Shown here in pieces: positions 52,785 through 64,000 of a stretch of DNA of 64,000 bases (the first letter of the stretch is position 1; each line of letters opens with the position of its first letter). The stretch lies in contig NC_043010.1 of NCBI RefSeq assembly GCF_006345805.1, forward strand, positions 32,178,001 through 32,242,000. Reading direction: 5' to 3'. The position numbers were made by a program, and so were the translations under genes. The notes beneath the pieces are model-generated. The model made no database searches and had not been told where the DNA came from. It was given only the letters and a program-made list of their open reading frames with translations. The stretch comes from Octopus sinensis. Lineage: Eukaryota.

Positions 52785-54343
52785 ACAATGCAATCATTCA
52801 TCCACATACAGGGATGCTGTCAGAAAGGTGAGGATTGGCAATGAGTATAGCGATGATTTCAAGGTATAAGTAAGGGTTCGCCAAGGTTCATCATAGCCCT
52901 CCAGACAATAACAGAGAAATTTAAGACAGGCTGCTCCTGGGAGCTGATGACCTTGTTTTTAAAGCAAAATCCCTACCAGAACTAGAGAAATTTAAGCTGT
53001 GGAAACAAGGTTGAGAATCAAAAGGCATTAGCGATAACCTAGCAAAAACCAAAGCCCTTAGTAAGTAAGTAAGCAGAAAAATCACAAATTCCTTCAGGTA
53101 GATGGCCTTGCTCGATCTGTAGATAAAGCATAGGTAGAAAGATGTATCTGGCATAAGCTTTGGACACATAAAAGGTGCAGCAATATCAAAGGAAGTTTAA
53201 CTGGGAAAATAGTTCCTGTGTGTGGAAGATTCACAGGTACAGTAAACCCCCAAAATGTACAGAAAATAGACTCGATCAAATGCCAATGAGGTTTGCTAGA
53301 GGTAGTTGATAGCTTCTGTTATCTAGTTGATCAAGCCAGTAGCAGGGGTGGATGCTTCAAGGGCATAGCTGCAAGAATAAGAATAGCCTGGGCAAAGTTC
53401 AGTGCGCTCTTTCTTCGCTTGGCAACAAAGGGCCTCTCCCTCAGAATAAAAGGCAGACTGTATGATGCCTGTGTGCAAATGGCTATGCTACACAGCAATG
53501 AAACATGAGTGGTGACCATCGAGGATATATATATGCTTGAAAGAAACAAAGCTAGAATGCTTTGCTGAATGTGCAATGCCAGTGTACATGTACGACAGAG
53601 TGTAAGCATCTTAAGAGAAAAGTTGGGCATAAGAAGCATAAAATGTAGTGTGCAAGAGAGATGACTGCACTAGTATGGACAAGGACAGCTGTGTAAAAAA
53701 TTGCCAATATTTAGCTGTAGAGGGAACCTGTGAAAAAAGGTAGACCCAGGAAGGCATTGGAAGAGGTGGTGAAGCATGATCTTTGAACGTTGGGCCTCAC
53801 AGAAACAATGGCTGGTGATTGAGAGCTTTGAGTTGACCCATCAGGCCAAGTGGAATCATACTTGTGGCTGCTGCCTATTTCATGCAACCAGAACTCATGC
53901 TGCTGGCATGTAAATATCACCTTCAAGCGGTAGGCTCACAGAATCAACTGGCACTCGTGCTGGTGGCATATGAAAAGCACCTGCTGAGTGTTGGGCCTCA
54001 TGGAGGTAATGTGTCTGATGCTGGCTCATGTAACTGGTATCCATACTGGTGGCACATAAAAAGCACCTTTCAAGTGTTGGGCTTCATAGAGGCAATGACA
54101 AATGACCAAGACCTTTGGCAATATGCCATGCTTGAGAAGTAAGATCTATTGAGCCAAGTGAAATCGTAGTCCTGGCGAATATTAGTGTCACTCAACTGGC
54201 ATCCATGTCTGTGGCACATAAAAAACCCATTACACTCTTGGAGTGATTGGCATTAGAAAAAGCATCCAGCCACAGAAACCATGCCAAATCAGACTGGAGT
54301 CTGATGAAGCTAGCATGGACAACGGACGTTAAATGATGATGAT
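52785..54343 (+). mobile_element. 5'-truncated RTE LINE (RT C-terminal half to 3' tail)
   Basis: VRQGS, ITEKFKTGCSWE..DDLV, EVVDSFCYL..ARIRIAWAKF..RLYDACVQMAMLHSNET, GRPRKALEE; the 3'UTR ends gacgttaaatgatgatgat. Confidence 0.9.
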
Positions 54344-54606
54344 ATACACACACACACACACACACACATATATTTAATATTATAATTATTAGGGAAGATT
54401 AATTCCGAGTACACAGGAATGACATATTCAAATTAAAGGTACTAAAGTGAACTTCTCTCAATATTTTATTCATATATATAAAAGTAGTTTTAGAGACAGA
54501 ACCACTATCCACTCAATCAACATTGAAAGATATTATACCCGACTGAGCCATAAAATATTAAATATGATACTATATTTGTTTAGAATCCCATACTTTCTAT
54601 TTTAAA

Positions 54607-54703
54607 GACTACACATGTTTCATGACAGTATGTTGGTATTGTTGAGATATAAGGTCTCTAGTTTCAATACACAGTTAGATCGAAGTACTCCAATCTTCAG
54701 GTC
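54607..54703 (-). ncRNA. Type-I hammerhead ribozyme with extended stem II
   Basis: Minus strand: GAC-CTGAAGA-t[tggagta...gtattg..gaga/tctc..caatac...tactgtca]t-GAA-ACATGTGT-A|GTC. Confidence 0.8.
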
Positions 54704-55583
54704 AGGATTCTACACATTTATTACTCTACATCCTATATGACTCTATGATAATTGAAATTATTTGACTACAAATCGTTAACATAATTTTACTTGACAAATT
54801 AATGACTAAAAATAAAAATAATTAATGAACCTTAAAAATTTAAGGAATTAAAGAGAATAAAAAATATGAAATAAAAATAATGAACAAAATGAATGTTAAC
54901 TTATCTATTTGGGGTTCCCTCCCAACGAAAATTAATCATGGCTACATCTTACAAATAACGTACAGTCCACATGTAAGAGAGGTAATTCTAATTATTATTA
55001 GAGAGTTCTTAGAATGTATTTATTACTTTATATATTTACCGTGTATGAACAGTACACATTAAACTACCCTATAGTTAACATAATACAGTCAGGTGATTCG
55101 GAAACAAATGTATCATGGGAACTGGCCAATCCCCTCACTAGCTATTCACTCAACCCACATGCCACCACCAACAATCAACCAGGCCTCCTGACACTCAAAC
55201 AGTAAGTTCCTTCTTTAGACCCCCAATTCAAATATTTTGGGATACATAAAAATTTTTCTTTTTTTATGTTTATATAAATTCTATATTATTTAATATCTAT
55301 TACTTATACTATTATTCTTAAAAATTAGACATTACATTTTAGTTAAATTTCTAAATTTAAGTTTAAAAATTTCAACTAAAAAAGTGTAATGTACAACTGA
55401 AAATTTAATTAAAAATCTAAAATATCCGAAATTAACCAAATAATATCTTATATTTTTGTATGACTAAGTACTACATTTTAGTTATTTTAAATAATGGTAT
55501 ATAATTATAACTTTTATCTAAAAAAATGACTGAATTTTAATCCTTTAAAATTAGATTTTGTTTATTTACTAAAGCATCCAATC

Positions 55584-56060
55584 TTATCTCATCGTATTAA
55601 TTAAACAATTAAGCTTATGTTTGCATTTAATTTTTCTTTCATTCTGGGTATTAAGCAATGTTGTTTTGGCCTTTAAGATTTCCATAAATTCGTGAGTACA
55701 CAACAGACAGAACTTATTCCCTATTCTATATGATTTAGTTTTCCATATTATCTCCTACCTTAGATTGTATTTAATTTCTTTAGATTTTAGACGCCAAATA
55801 TATTCATTTAAGCCTGTCGAGTTCATTAATTTTTTATTTTTAAAAGAGTACAAATGCTGCGCTATTCTTTGCTTAATTTTATTCGATGTAGATCCAATTT
55901 ATGGTGTATATGAATTTTCCCCATTATTGTTATTATTACCTTCCCTTTGACCATTCCTATCTTCATTTAAAGACACCACACATTTGTATACTACCTCCTT
56001 TAAGTTACATTTATTATTAAGTTACAATTATTTTTATCCCTACAATTACAGTTTGTTGAG
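55584..56060 (-). pseudogene. PLE GIY-YIG endonuclease remnant
   Basis: CNCRDKNNC..NKCNLKEVVYKCVV...*IGSTSNKIKQRIAQHLYSFKN..NSTGLNEYIWRLK..*EII..CLLCTHE..LLN..E..CKHK; stops replace the YIG Tyr and a conserved Trp. Confidence 0.88.
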
Positions 56061-56309
56061 TTATTACCATTATTATTGGGATATTTATTTAGTTTATTGA
56101 GATAAAATTTATTCAGCTTATATTTATCTAATGATGAGATAATATTACCTACATTACTAGTAGTCGAATATCAAACTTAACATCAGTTAAAACTTGACAT
56201 CAAACAACTAAGTAAAGAAATAATAAAACAGACATATGAGTAAACCAAAGAAACAATTGGTAGCATTTGTATGCAACATAAACCACAAAACTATAAAAAA
56301 ATATTGGTT

Positions 56310-56490
56310 TTGACACAAAGCCAGCAAGTTTGGGGAAGGGAGTAACATGATTACATCGACCCCAGTGCTGAACAGGTACATATTTTGTTGACCCCCAAAT
56401 TGGTGGAATTTGAATGCAGAGCGTAAAGATGGACAAAATGCAACGAAGCATTTTACCCACCATGCTAAAGATTCTACCAGCTTGCCACCT
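56310..56490 (-). mobile_element. Degenerate SINE (family A)
   Basis: Reverse complement gives aggtggcaagctggtagaatctttagcatg...ctgcattcaaattccacc...cactggggtcgatgtaatc. Confidence 0.7.
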
Positions 56491-57534
56491 ATTTAAAACA
56501 AATATTATACTGAGGAATAAGCAGTATCAACAACAACAGGTGCACTACAGCTTATGCTACAATAGCAACTTCTACTAATATACACTCCCTTTGCTAGAAA
56601 ATCACCCCTCAAAGGACCACACAAAACAGCAGGAACACAAATCCTTCCATCTTGACCATCATTATATGGAAATCTAAAAAACTGAAAACCCTCAGAGCAC
56701 AGCAAATTTACAGACATACACATGTATTTTCTGGAGGAATCATTGCACTCCCCAACATCTTCAGCTATTCCTACCTTGAGTCAGCAATGAGCCTCTATGC
56801 GGTCACTCAACTTGCAAGAAATAGCTCCCTGCATTTGTTGAAATGGCCACTATGGATAATGCATTCCCAGCTCCCTGCACACAGAAAATAGACCGGATGG
56901 TCCAACTAGACTGTCTCCATTGTGAACACCACCAGAATCTGTGCCCTATCCTAAAAGTATGCAGTAATAAACTGGACATGTCACACTGCAGCCCCATATG
57001 ATCTATCACAGTCTGTCAGAGTGTGTGCAACCTACAAGTGTAAAAATATATACTAGACAGCAGAGAGAGGGTACTATGTATAGACTTTGAAGCTGCCCCC
57101 TGTGTGATTGCTCATGACACACTAAAGTATAGTCCTCAGTTGGAGGGAGACTTAGTGATGGATCTGTAAGGAGGTGATGGATCCGTAATGAGCAAGGTCA
57201 GTGTTCAGCTTACTACCTCTATTTTCTAGGACTAATTGATTTAGAATTGACTTGAAGTGATAGGGACAACAATAATAGCTAGTAATACAACATCAATAAA
57301 TAGTAACAAGAACAACAGCAATGATTTTATCATCGTTTGTTGTTGTTCATATTAATATGTTTATTGTTGATGTTATTGTTGTTAGCGTCATTAAGTTTTA
57401 TTGCTGTTATTGTTAGTGTCAGAATGTTTTAATGTTGTTGCTGATATGTTCAAGAAAGTGACTTGATAGCTAATATTTTACAGAAATGACAAAAGGAAAT
57501 GTTATCATCTTTCAGTGATCAACTCTTACATCAT

Positions 57535-57678
57535 GTATGATGATGGTGATGATGATGACAGTAATAATAGTAATAATAATAATAATGATAATAATAATAA
57601 TAATAATAACGATAATGATAATAATAATGATGATAATTTCATTTATTTGCCATAAGTGCGAAGGATGAAGGGGATAAA

Positions 57679-57730
<52 letters not shown>

Positions 57731-57780
57731 TAATAATAATGGTAGTAATGATGATGATGATGATGATGATGATGACCTGT
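57535..57780. repeat. (GAT)n/(AAT)n microsatellites
   Basis: Direct reading. Confidence 0.95.
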
Positions 57781-58136
57781 AGTAATGTTGCTGCTATGGC
57801 TGATGTTAGTGGTAGTGGTGATGGTAGTGATGGTATTAGTAATAACAGTTGCAGTAGAAGCAGTATTTAGTTTTATTTATAACAAAATCTCCTGCAGGGA
57901 AAGTTAAAAGGTATCCATCACACCAGTCTAGCCTGACCTGACCTGACACCTCCTTCCCTATCTCTTAAATTCTGCCAATGTCTTCAGTAAGTGACATTTC
58001 ACTTGTATTGGTTACAATTCCAAATGAACACACTGTACAATCTATAATTTATAAGGCTGCTTCCTGAGACCTCATCTAGTACTTACACATATAGGTATAT
58101 TGCAAACTTACTCATAATGCACATACACTCACATGT

Positions 58137-58199
<63 letters not shown>

Positions 58200-58355
58200 T
58201 ATATATGTATATATGTATGCATGTATATATATATATGTATATATATATATGTAAGTATATATATTATGTATATATATATATATATGTATATATATGTATA
58301 TATATATATGTGTGTGTGTATATATGTGTGTGTGTATATGTGTATATGTATGTAT

Positions 58356-58663
58356 ATCATCTTTCTCCTTTCTCCAACCAGTCCATCAGATGTAGTTACA
58401 CATCGCTGGTCACAATGCGTTCGCATTGTTTTAGCCTTTGAATGACGCCACCCCGCTGGCTAAGCGAGCTGGCCAACAGAAGAAAGAGTGGGAGAAAGAG
58501 TGGTGAAAGAGTACAGCAGGGATCACCACCCCCTGCTGGAGCCTCGTGGAGCTTTTAGGTGTTTTCGCTCAATAAACACTCACAACGCTCGGTCTGGGAA
58601 TCGAAACCGCGATCCTACAACCGCGAGTCCGCTGCCCTAACCATTGGGCCATTGCACCTCCAC
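58356..58663 (-). mobile_element. tRNA-derived SINE (third family)
   Basis: Reverse complement begins gtggaggtgcaatggcccaatggttagggcagcggactcgcggttgtaggatcgcggtttcgattccc (A and B boxes); CpG-rich; flanked by TA/TG repeats. Confidence 0.88.
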
Positions 58664-58830
58664 GTGTATGTATATATGTTTGTATATATATATATGTGTG
58701 TATATATATGTATATGTATGTATATGTATATATGCATGTATGTGTATATATGGTATATCAAATTATAGTTTGTTATACCTGTAAGTTGAAATATATAATG
58801 ATAGATAAAATTATAAATGGGGGATAGGTG

Positions 58831-58924
58831 GATCTGAAGATTGGGGTTGTATATAAGGGGAGGTTCTGTAAGAGACTGGGTGCCTCAAGAACATAGCATA
58901 CAACCTCATGAAAGACGTGTAGTC
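58831..58924 (+). ncRNA. Type-I hammerhead ribozyme with extended stem II
   Basis: GAT-CTGAAGA-t[TGGGGTTGTAT...ATACAACCTCA]t-GAA-AGACGTGT-A|GTC. Stem II is 11 bp; stem III is one substitution from the palindrome ACACGTGT. Confidence 0.8.
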
Positions 58925-59151
58925 GACAACTTTGAATAGTAAGTTTTAAATATAATATTCTATAACATGGTTGAATTTATATTCTGATTTGATGAATTTA
59001 TGGGGATTTTTGTCTCTAATGATACTTTGATATATATGTATTTATTTATTGAGAATAATTCAACTTAATATTCTTAACTTGAATATCTCATCCCTGTGAT
59101 GCTGATATTCCCTTATTATTATAAAAAATATATATGTACATATATATATAT

Positions 59152-59187
<36 letters not shown>

Positions 59188-59255
59188 GGTGTATATATAT
59201 ATGTATATATATATGTGTGTGTGTATATATATATATATGTATATATACATATATG

Positions 59256-59286
<31 letters not shown>

Positions 59287-59341
59287 GTATATATAGTTGT
59301 ATATATATATATGTATATATATATATGTATATATATAGTTG

Positions 59342-59372
<31 letters not shown>

Positions 59373-59392
59373 GTACATATATATATATGTAC

Positions 59393-59423
<31 letters not shown>

Positions 59424-59442
59424 TATATCTATATATATATAT

Positions 59443-59473
<31 letters not shown>

Positions 59474-60581
59474 CACATATATATATGTCTTAGAGGAAAA
59501 ATCAAAACTAATGCTGAACGAGTCATTTAGAATATTTAATTAGGGTAAGGTGAATTTGAAGTCTGACAGCCATTTTTGGGATAACCCAAGCAGTAGATTA
59601 GTACGTCCATGCACTTGGTATTCCATCATCAGAGACAGGGCATGAATATTTTAGACAGGGAAAAATTTACAGTTTATTCTAAACAACTTTTAAGTCCACT
59701 CAAAAAGCTCCCACTATATTATTTAATAACACGTTCGATTCTTCTGTTCTTCTCCACCATCTCCCTCCTCCTTTGCCTCCTCCTCATCATCCTCATCATT
59801 ATTGCCATCACCATCATTGCTATCATTACAGTCGTCAATATCACTAAATTTCCATCACTATCATCATCATCATCATCATCATCAACATCATCATCATCAT
59901 CATCAGAACCACTACCCTTACTGCTATCACTACCTGTGCTCTCACCATCACCACCACCACCACCACCACAAACATCACTATTAATATCAATAGATTTCTT
60001 AATCTGATGTTGACATTTTGTTATCATGCTGGCTTGTCACTCCAAAATGGTAATGTGCAACTGTGAAGGTGAGTGCAGCAGTGCAGGTGGCAGTATGAGT
60101 GCAGCAGTGCAGATGACAGTGTAAATGCTGCAGTAATATATTTTGTGCTTTTTAATTTACTATCTAGTCTCTTTGATCTGTAGCATCACAACAGCAGCAC
60201 ATTGAATAGTTTATCTTCTACCATGGCCTTCTCTGTATGTAGTACTCTATTGTTCAGAATTAACTCACTGTGTACATTATGTTTCCATTCAAATAGTTAT
60301 GGACACCAGCAGAGCAAGATAGTTGTTGTGACAGGGTGTAATATCATGTTGAACTAAGTGTCTCTTGTCTAATGATAAGCATACAAATTTTAGTCTGTTT
60401 CTACACATAATATGACCTCAACGTGACAATTTTAATTTTGGTGTTAGTTAATATTAGATTTGAAAACAAATTAAGTGATCAGATTATTTCAGGAGACTGC
60501 AAGAACAAAAGTAGAAAAAAGATTACTTACCAACTCTTGTGGGTTTCTGGTGTTCACCTAGAACACCCATCGTTTATGTAG

Positions 60582-60737
60582 GGCATAGGAGTGACTGTGT
60601 GGTAAGATGTTTGCTTCCCAACCACATGATTCTAGGTTGTCCCATTGTGTGACACTTTGGCCAAGAGTCTTCTATTATGGCCCCAGCCCAACAAAAGTTT
60701 TGTGAGTAGATTTGGTAGGTGGAAACTGAAAGAAGCC

Positions 60738-60745
<8 letters not shown>
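60582..60745 (+). mobile_element. SINE family B, 5' part
   Basis: ggcataggagtgactgtgtggtaagatgtttgcttcccaaccacatg...ggaaactgaaagaagccc, running into (TA)n. Confidence 0.85.
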
Positions 60746-60785
<40 letters not shown>

Positions 60786-60794
60786 TATATATAT

Positions 60795-60829
<35 letters not shown>

Positions 60830-60860
60830 TATTAATAATAATAATAATAATAATAATGAT

Positions 60861-60921
<61 letters not shown>

Positions 60922-61173
60922 TGAGGGAATATTATTCCAAACTTACAGGGAAAAATTCAATTTAGAAATACTAAATCAAATTTCACAAAAATATAATATA
61001 TATATATATATAAATTAGAAAAAAGACACCTTTTATCAATTCAATAATGAAGAATTAAATTATACCATTTAGAAAAATTACATATTATAGAAAGATTAAA
61101 TATAAGATAAAACATATAACAATGATTAATTAATGTGCGAAATAATAAATAAACATGTATATATTTGGTAGAA

Positions 61174-61283
61174 TAATGACACATGTTTCGTGGCTATATT
61201 TAAGAAATGATAATAGTAATAATAGTAGTAGTAGTAGTAGTAGTAAAATCACTTCATTATAAATATAGCCACTCTTCAGGTTA
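61174..61283 (-). ncRNA. Type-I hammerhead ribozyme with microsatellite in loop II
   Basis: Minus strand: TAAC-CTGAAGA-[GTGGCTATATTTA...(CTA)n...TAAATATAGCCAC]-GAA-ACATGTGT-C|ATTA. Stem II is a perfect 13 bp, the triplet is GUC, and the first pair of stem I is a C.A mismatch. Confidence 0.82.
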
Positions 61284-61614
61284 AAGATAAAAAGAATAAA
61301 ATAATTAATTAGATAAATTAATAAATATATGTAAATAATCTTGTAAAATACTAAATATCTTAGCAAGTATATTCTTGTTTAAATTTTAAAAAATAGAATA
61401 AAAAATAAGATACAATTAATTAAAATATTTAAAACATATATATATATATATATTATTCAAAGAAATTCCAACTCTGTTTTTTATGTTTTATTTATATTCT
61501 TTATAATATTAATGTAGAATATAGAATATAGAGTATAAATAATATATATATAGTAAAATGAAATGAAGTATTGATTGTCTTATTGAATAGATAAAATATT
61601 GAATATAAAATATT

Positions 61615-61661
61615 TAGGGACTAGTATACTTTCTTGCATTATAGCAATCTTCAAGGTTCTA
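61615..61661 (-). ncRNA. Minimal type-I hammerhead motif, decayed
   Basis: Minus strand: tagaacc-TTGAAGA-TTGC tataat GCAA-GAA-AGTATACT-A|gtcccta. Stem III is a perfect palindrome; C3 is altered and stem I is imperfect. Confidence 0.6.
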
Positions 61662-61719
61662 GTTTGTGACAGGAGTGTTTCAACACACACACACACACAT
61701 ATATATATAATCTTCTATT

Positions 61720-62165
61720 TTTCACTTGTTTCAGTCATTGGACTGCAGCCATGCTAGGACACTACCTTGAAGAATTTTTAGTCAAATGAATCAACCCAAG
61801 TACTTATTTTTTTAAAGCCTGATACTTATTTTATTGGTCTATTTTGCTGAACTGCTAAGTTATGGGGACATAAACGCACCAAAGCCTTGTGAGTGGATTT
61901 GGGAGATAGAAATTGAAAGAAGCCCATCATGTGTGTGTGTGTGAGTGTGTTGTTTGTGTGTGTATGTGTGTCTGTCTCCACCACCATCACTTGACAACCA
62001 GTACAGGTGTGTTTATGCCCCTATAACTTAGCAGTTCCGCAAAAGAGACTAATAGAATAGGTACTAGGCTTAAAAGTGGTCAATTTTCTTGACTAAAAAA
62101 CACTTCAAGGTAATGCCCCAACATGGCCACATTCAAATGACTGAAACAAGTAAAAGACAAAAGAT
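61720..62165. mobile_element. Head-to-head fusion of two truncated family-B SINEs
   Basis: 61720-61881 is a SINE 3' part on -, and 61878-62165 is a 5'-truncated copy on +; the junction shares ACCA. Confidence 0.8.
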
Positions 62166-62971
62166 AATAAGGCCAGGGGTGATAAGTCAAGAACTTAAGT
62201 GACAGATGAAGGTTTTATGCAATAGGCTGACCTCGGAAGAATGACAGACAGATACAGCAATGGGAATCAAAATAGATAGATAAGTAGAGAGGTAGCAGTG
62301 TTGTAGGTGTAAAAAGAAAGAGGGTATCACATTAAAGACCTAGAAGTGTTTGGTTAAACAGGCTATAAATATTTAAGTGACTATCTCACCCTCTTTGCTG
62401 AACCACTTCCCATTGGCTTTCCTTTATCTCCATACATTTCTCACTCTTCCCACTACATCTGTCTCTCCCTTTCTTGCTCTTGCAACATCCTCATCCACAT
62501 GTCATCTCCATTGTTCTTGCAATCTCTATGCACTCACCTTTCCTATTCTTCAGGCCCCACTCCTACTTACCATTATGTCACTTGAAGGGCCAACCTGAAA
62601 CTTCATAACTGCCATCTTCTTCTCTCCAGATTCTCTTCTACTTCTAAAAGCCTGTTCTCACTCCTTCTAGCATACTTTATCCTCTCATCATTTAACATAA
62701 AACCGTCCCCCTCTCTACTGTAGTCTCACTTATTCGAAAGAAATCTTAATATTACAAAGCTACATGGTGACCCTATTCGTACTGGTGCCACGAAAAATGC
62801 AACTGTTATATTCTGTGGAGTGAGTGGTTGGCAAAACCTTGCCAAAGCAGATACTGGACAACAATGCAGTCCTCTGATCGGTGGAATCTTGAAGTGTTGA
62901 ACTCATGTCAGTATGGAAGAAAGATGTTCAAAGGTGACTATGGGGATGATGGTATACAAACATATTTATTA

Positions 62972-63197
62972 AAGGCGGTGACAGAAACGTTAGCACGCCG
63001 GGCGAAATGCATAGCCGTATTTCGTCTGTCGTTACGTTGTGAGTTCAAATTCCACCAAGGTCGACTTTGCCCTTCATCCTTTCGGGGTCGATAAAGTACC
63101 AGTTACGCACTGGGGTCGATGTAATCGACTTAATACCTATGTCTGTCCTTGTTTGTCCCCTCTATGTTTAGCCCCGTGTGGGTAATAAAGAAATAGG
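62972..63197 (+). mobile_element. tRNA-derived SINE (family A)
   Basis: aggcggtgacagaaacgttagcacgccgggcgaaatg...gagttcaaattcc...taaagaaatagg; same family as 27963. Confidence 0.9.
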
Positions 63198-63349
63198 TAT
63201 ACAAACACACATATATGTGTGTGAGTGTGAGTGTGTATGTATGTGTGCTTGTTTGTGTGTATGCCTGTCTGCCTGTCTGTCTCTGTATGTATGTTTGTAT
63301 GTATGTATATTTGTATGTATGTATGTTTGCATGTATGTATGTATGCATA

Positions 63350-63398
<49 letters not shown>

Positions 63399-63716
63399 AT
63401 GAATGTTGCAGTATGGAAGGGTAAAATTGTAATCTTTATGGAAAACATCTTCAATTTTCAATTTTTTGCTTTTAAAATCTGTTCTAATGCTGTAAAATAA
63501 AACTTCTTATCAATTGTTGAATTCATTTATGTTCTGCAAAAATTCAGTGGCCCTTTACAGAGTTTGTACTAAAGATTACTCCCAGTATTTAAATCTTTCA
63601 AGATAATCCATTTGTGTTCAATATTTGAGTTTTATCAGAATATCAAAATTAATCAAATATGACAGCCATTCCATGAGCATAGGCAAGTATCTATCTCTTT
63701 CTCCCTCTCTCTCTCA

Positions 63717-63748
<32 letters not shown>

Positions 63749-64000
63749 GCACACACACACACACACATATATATATATGCATATATATATATATGTGCAC
63801 ATATGTGTGTGCGTGTGTGTATATATAATATGTATATAAATTGTGTTTGATGATGTTTGTTTGTGTATGTATGGGTATCCCATACTCTGACAGAGTACTT
63901 AGCTTTAGAAATTGTTCTCAATCTTAAGCTGTTTCTTTTTGACATAATCCACTAAGCATTCAATATAACAAAATTTTCAAAAACTAAACTGTAATCAAAT

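Larger units (their letters stand above)
54385..56200 (-). mobile_element. Neptune-type Penelope-like element, 3' part (GIY-YIG + pLTR with hammerhead)
   Basis: A GIY-YIG remnant is followed on the same strand by an AT-rich region containing a hammerhead and a terminus shared with 59115 and 60920. Confidence 0.85.

Noticed and set aside
58590-58663. Possible tRNA gene
   Set aside because: It continues into a SINE body and lacks a proper acceptor stem, so it is treated as a SINE head.

Overview
AT-rich, microsatellite-dense eukaryotic DNA. The SINE/LINE repertoire looks like a coleoid cephalopod (Octopus-type) genome; this is an inference from repeat families. No intact protein-coding gene is present, and almost all ORFs in the supplied track are microsatellite artefacts or transposon debris. 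One 65-nt candidate internal exon (4798-4862, +) suggests the window may lie mostly inside a large gene. The window contains decayed R4/Dong-type RLE LINEs associated with (TAA)n, RTE LINEs (one very BovB-like), Neptune-type Penelope-like elements (PLEs), a full-length IR/DR Tc1, several mariners, a non-autonomous Helitron, tRNA-derived SINEs with TSDs, and near-identical tandem duplications (about 1.92 kb and 329 bp). The most notable signal is a set of seven type-I hammerhead ribozyme motifs (six distinct sequences), read by eye, most with a minimal palindromic stem III. They sit in PLE-like or retrozyme-like non-coding elements wedged between microsatellites, and three share a common 3' terminus.
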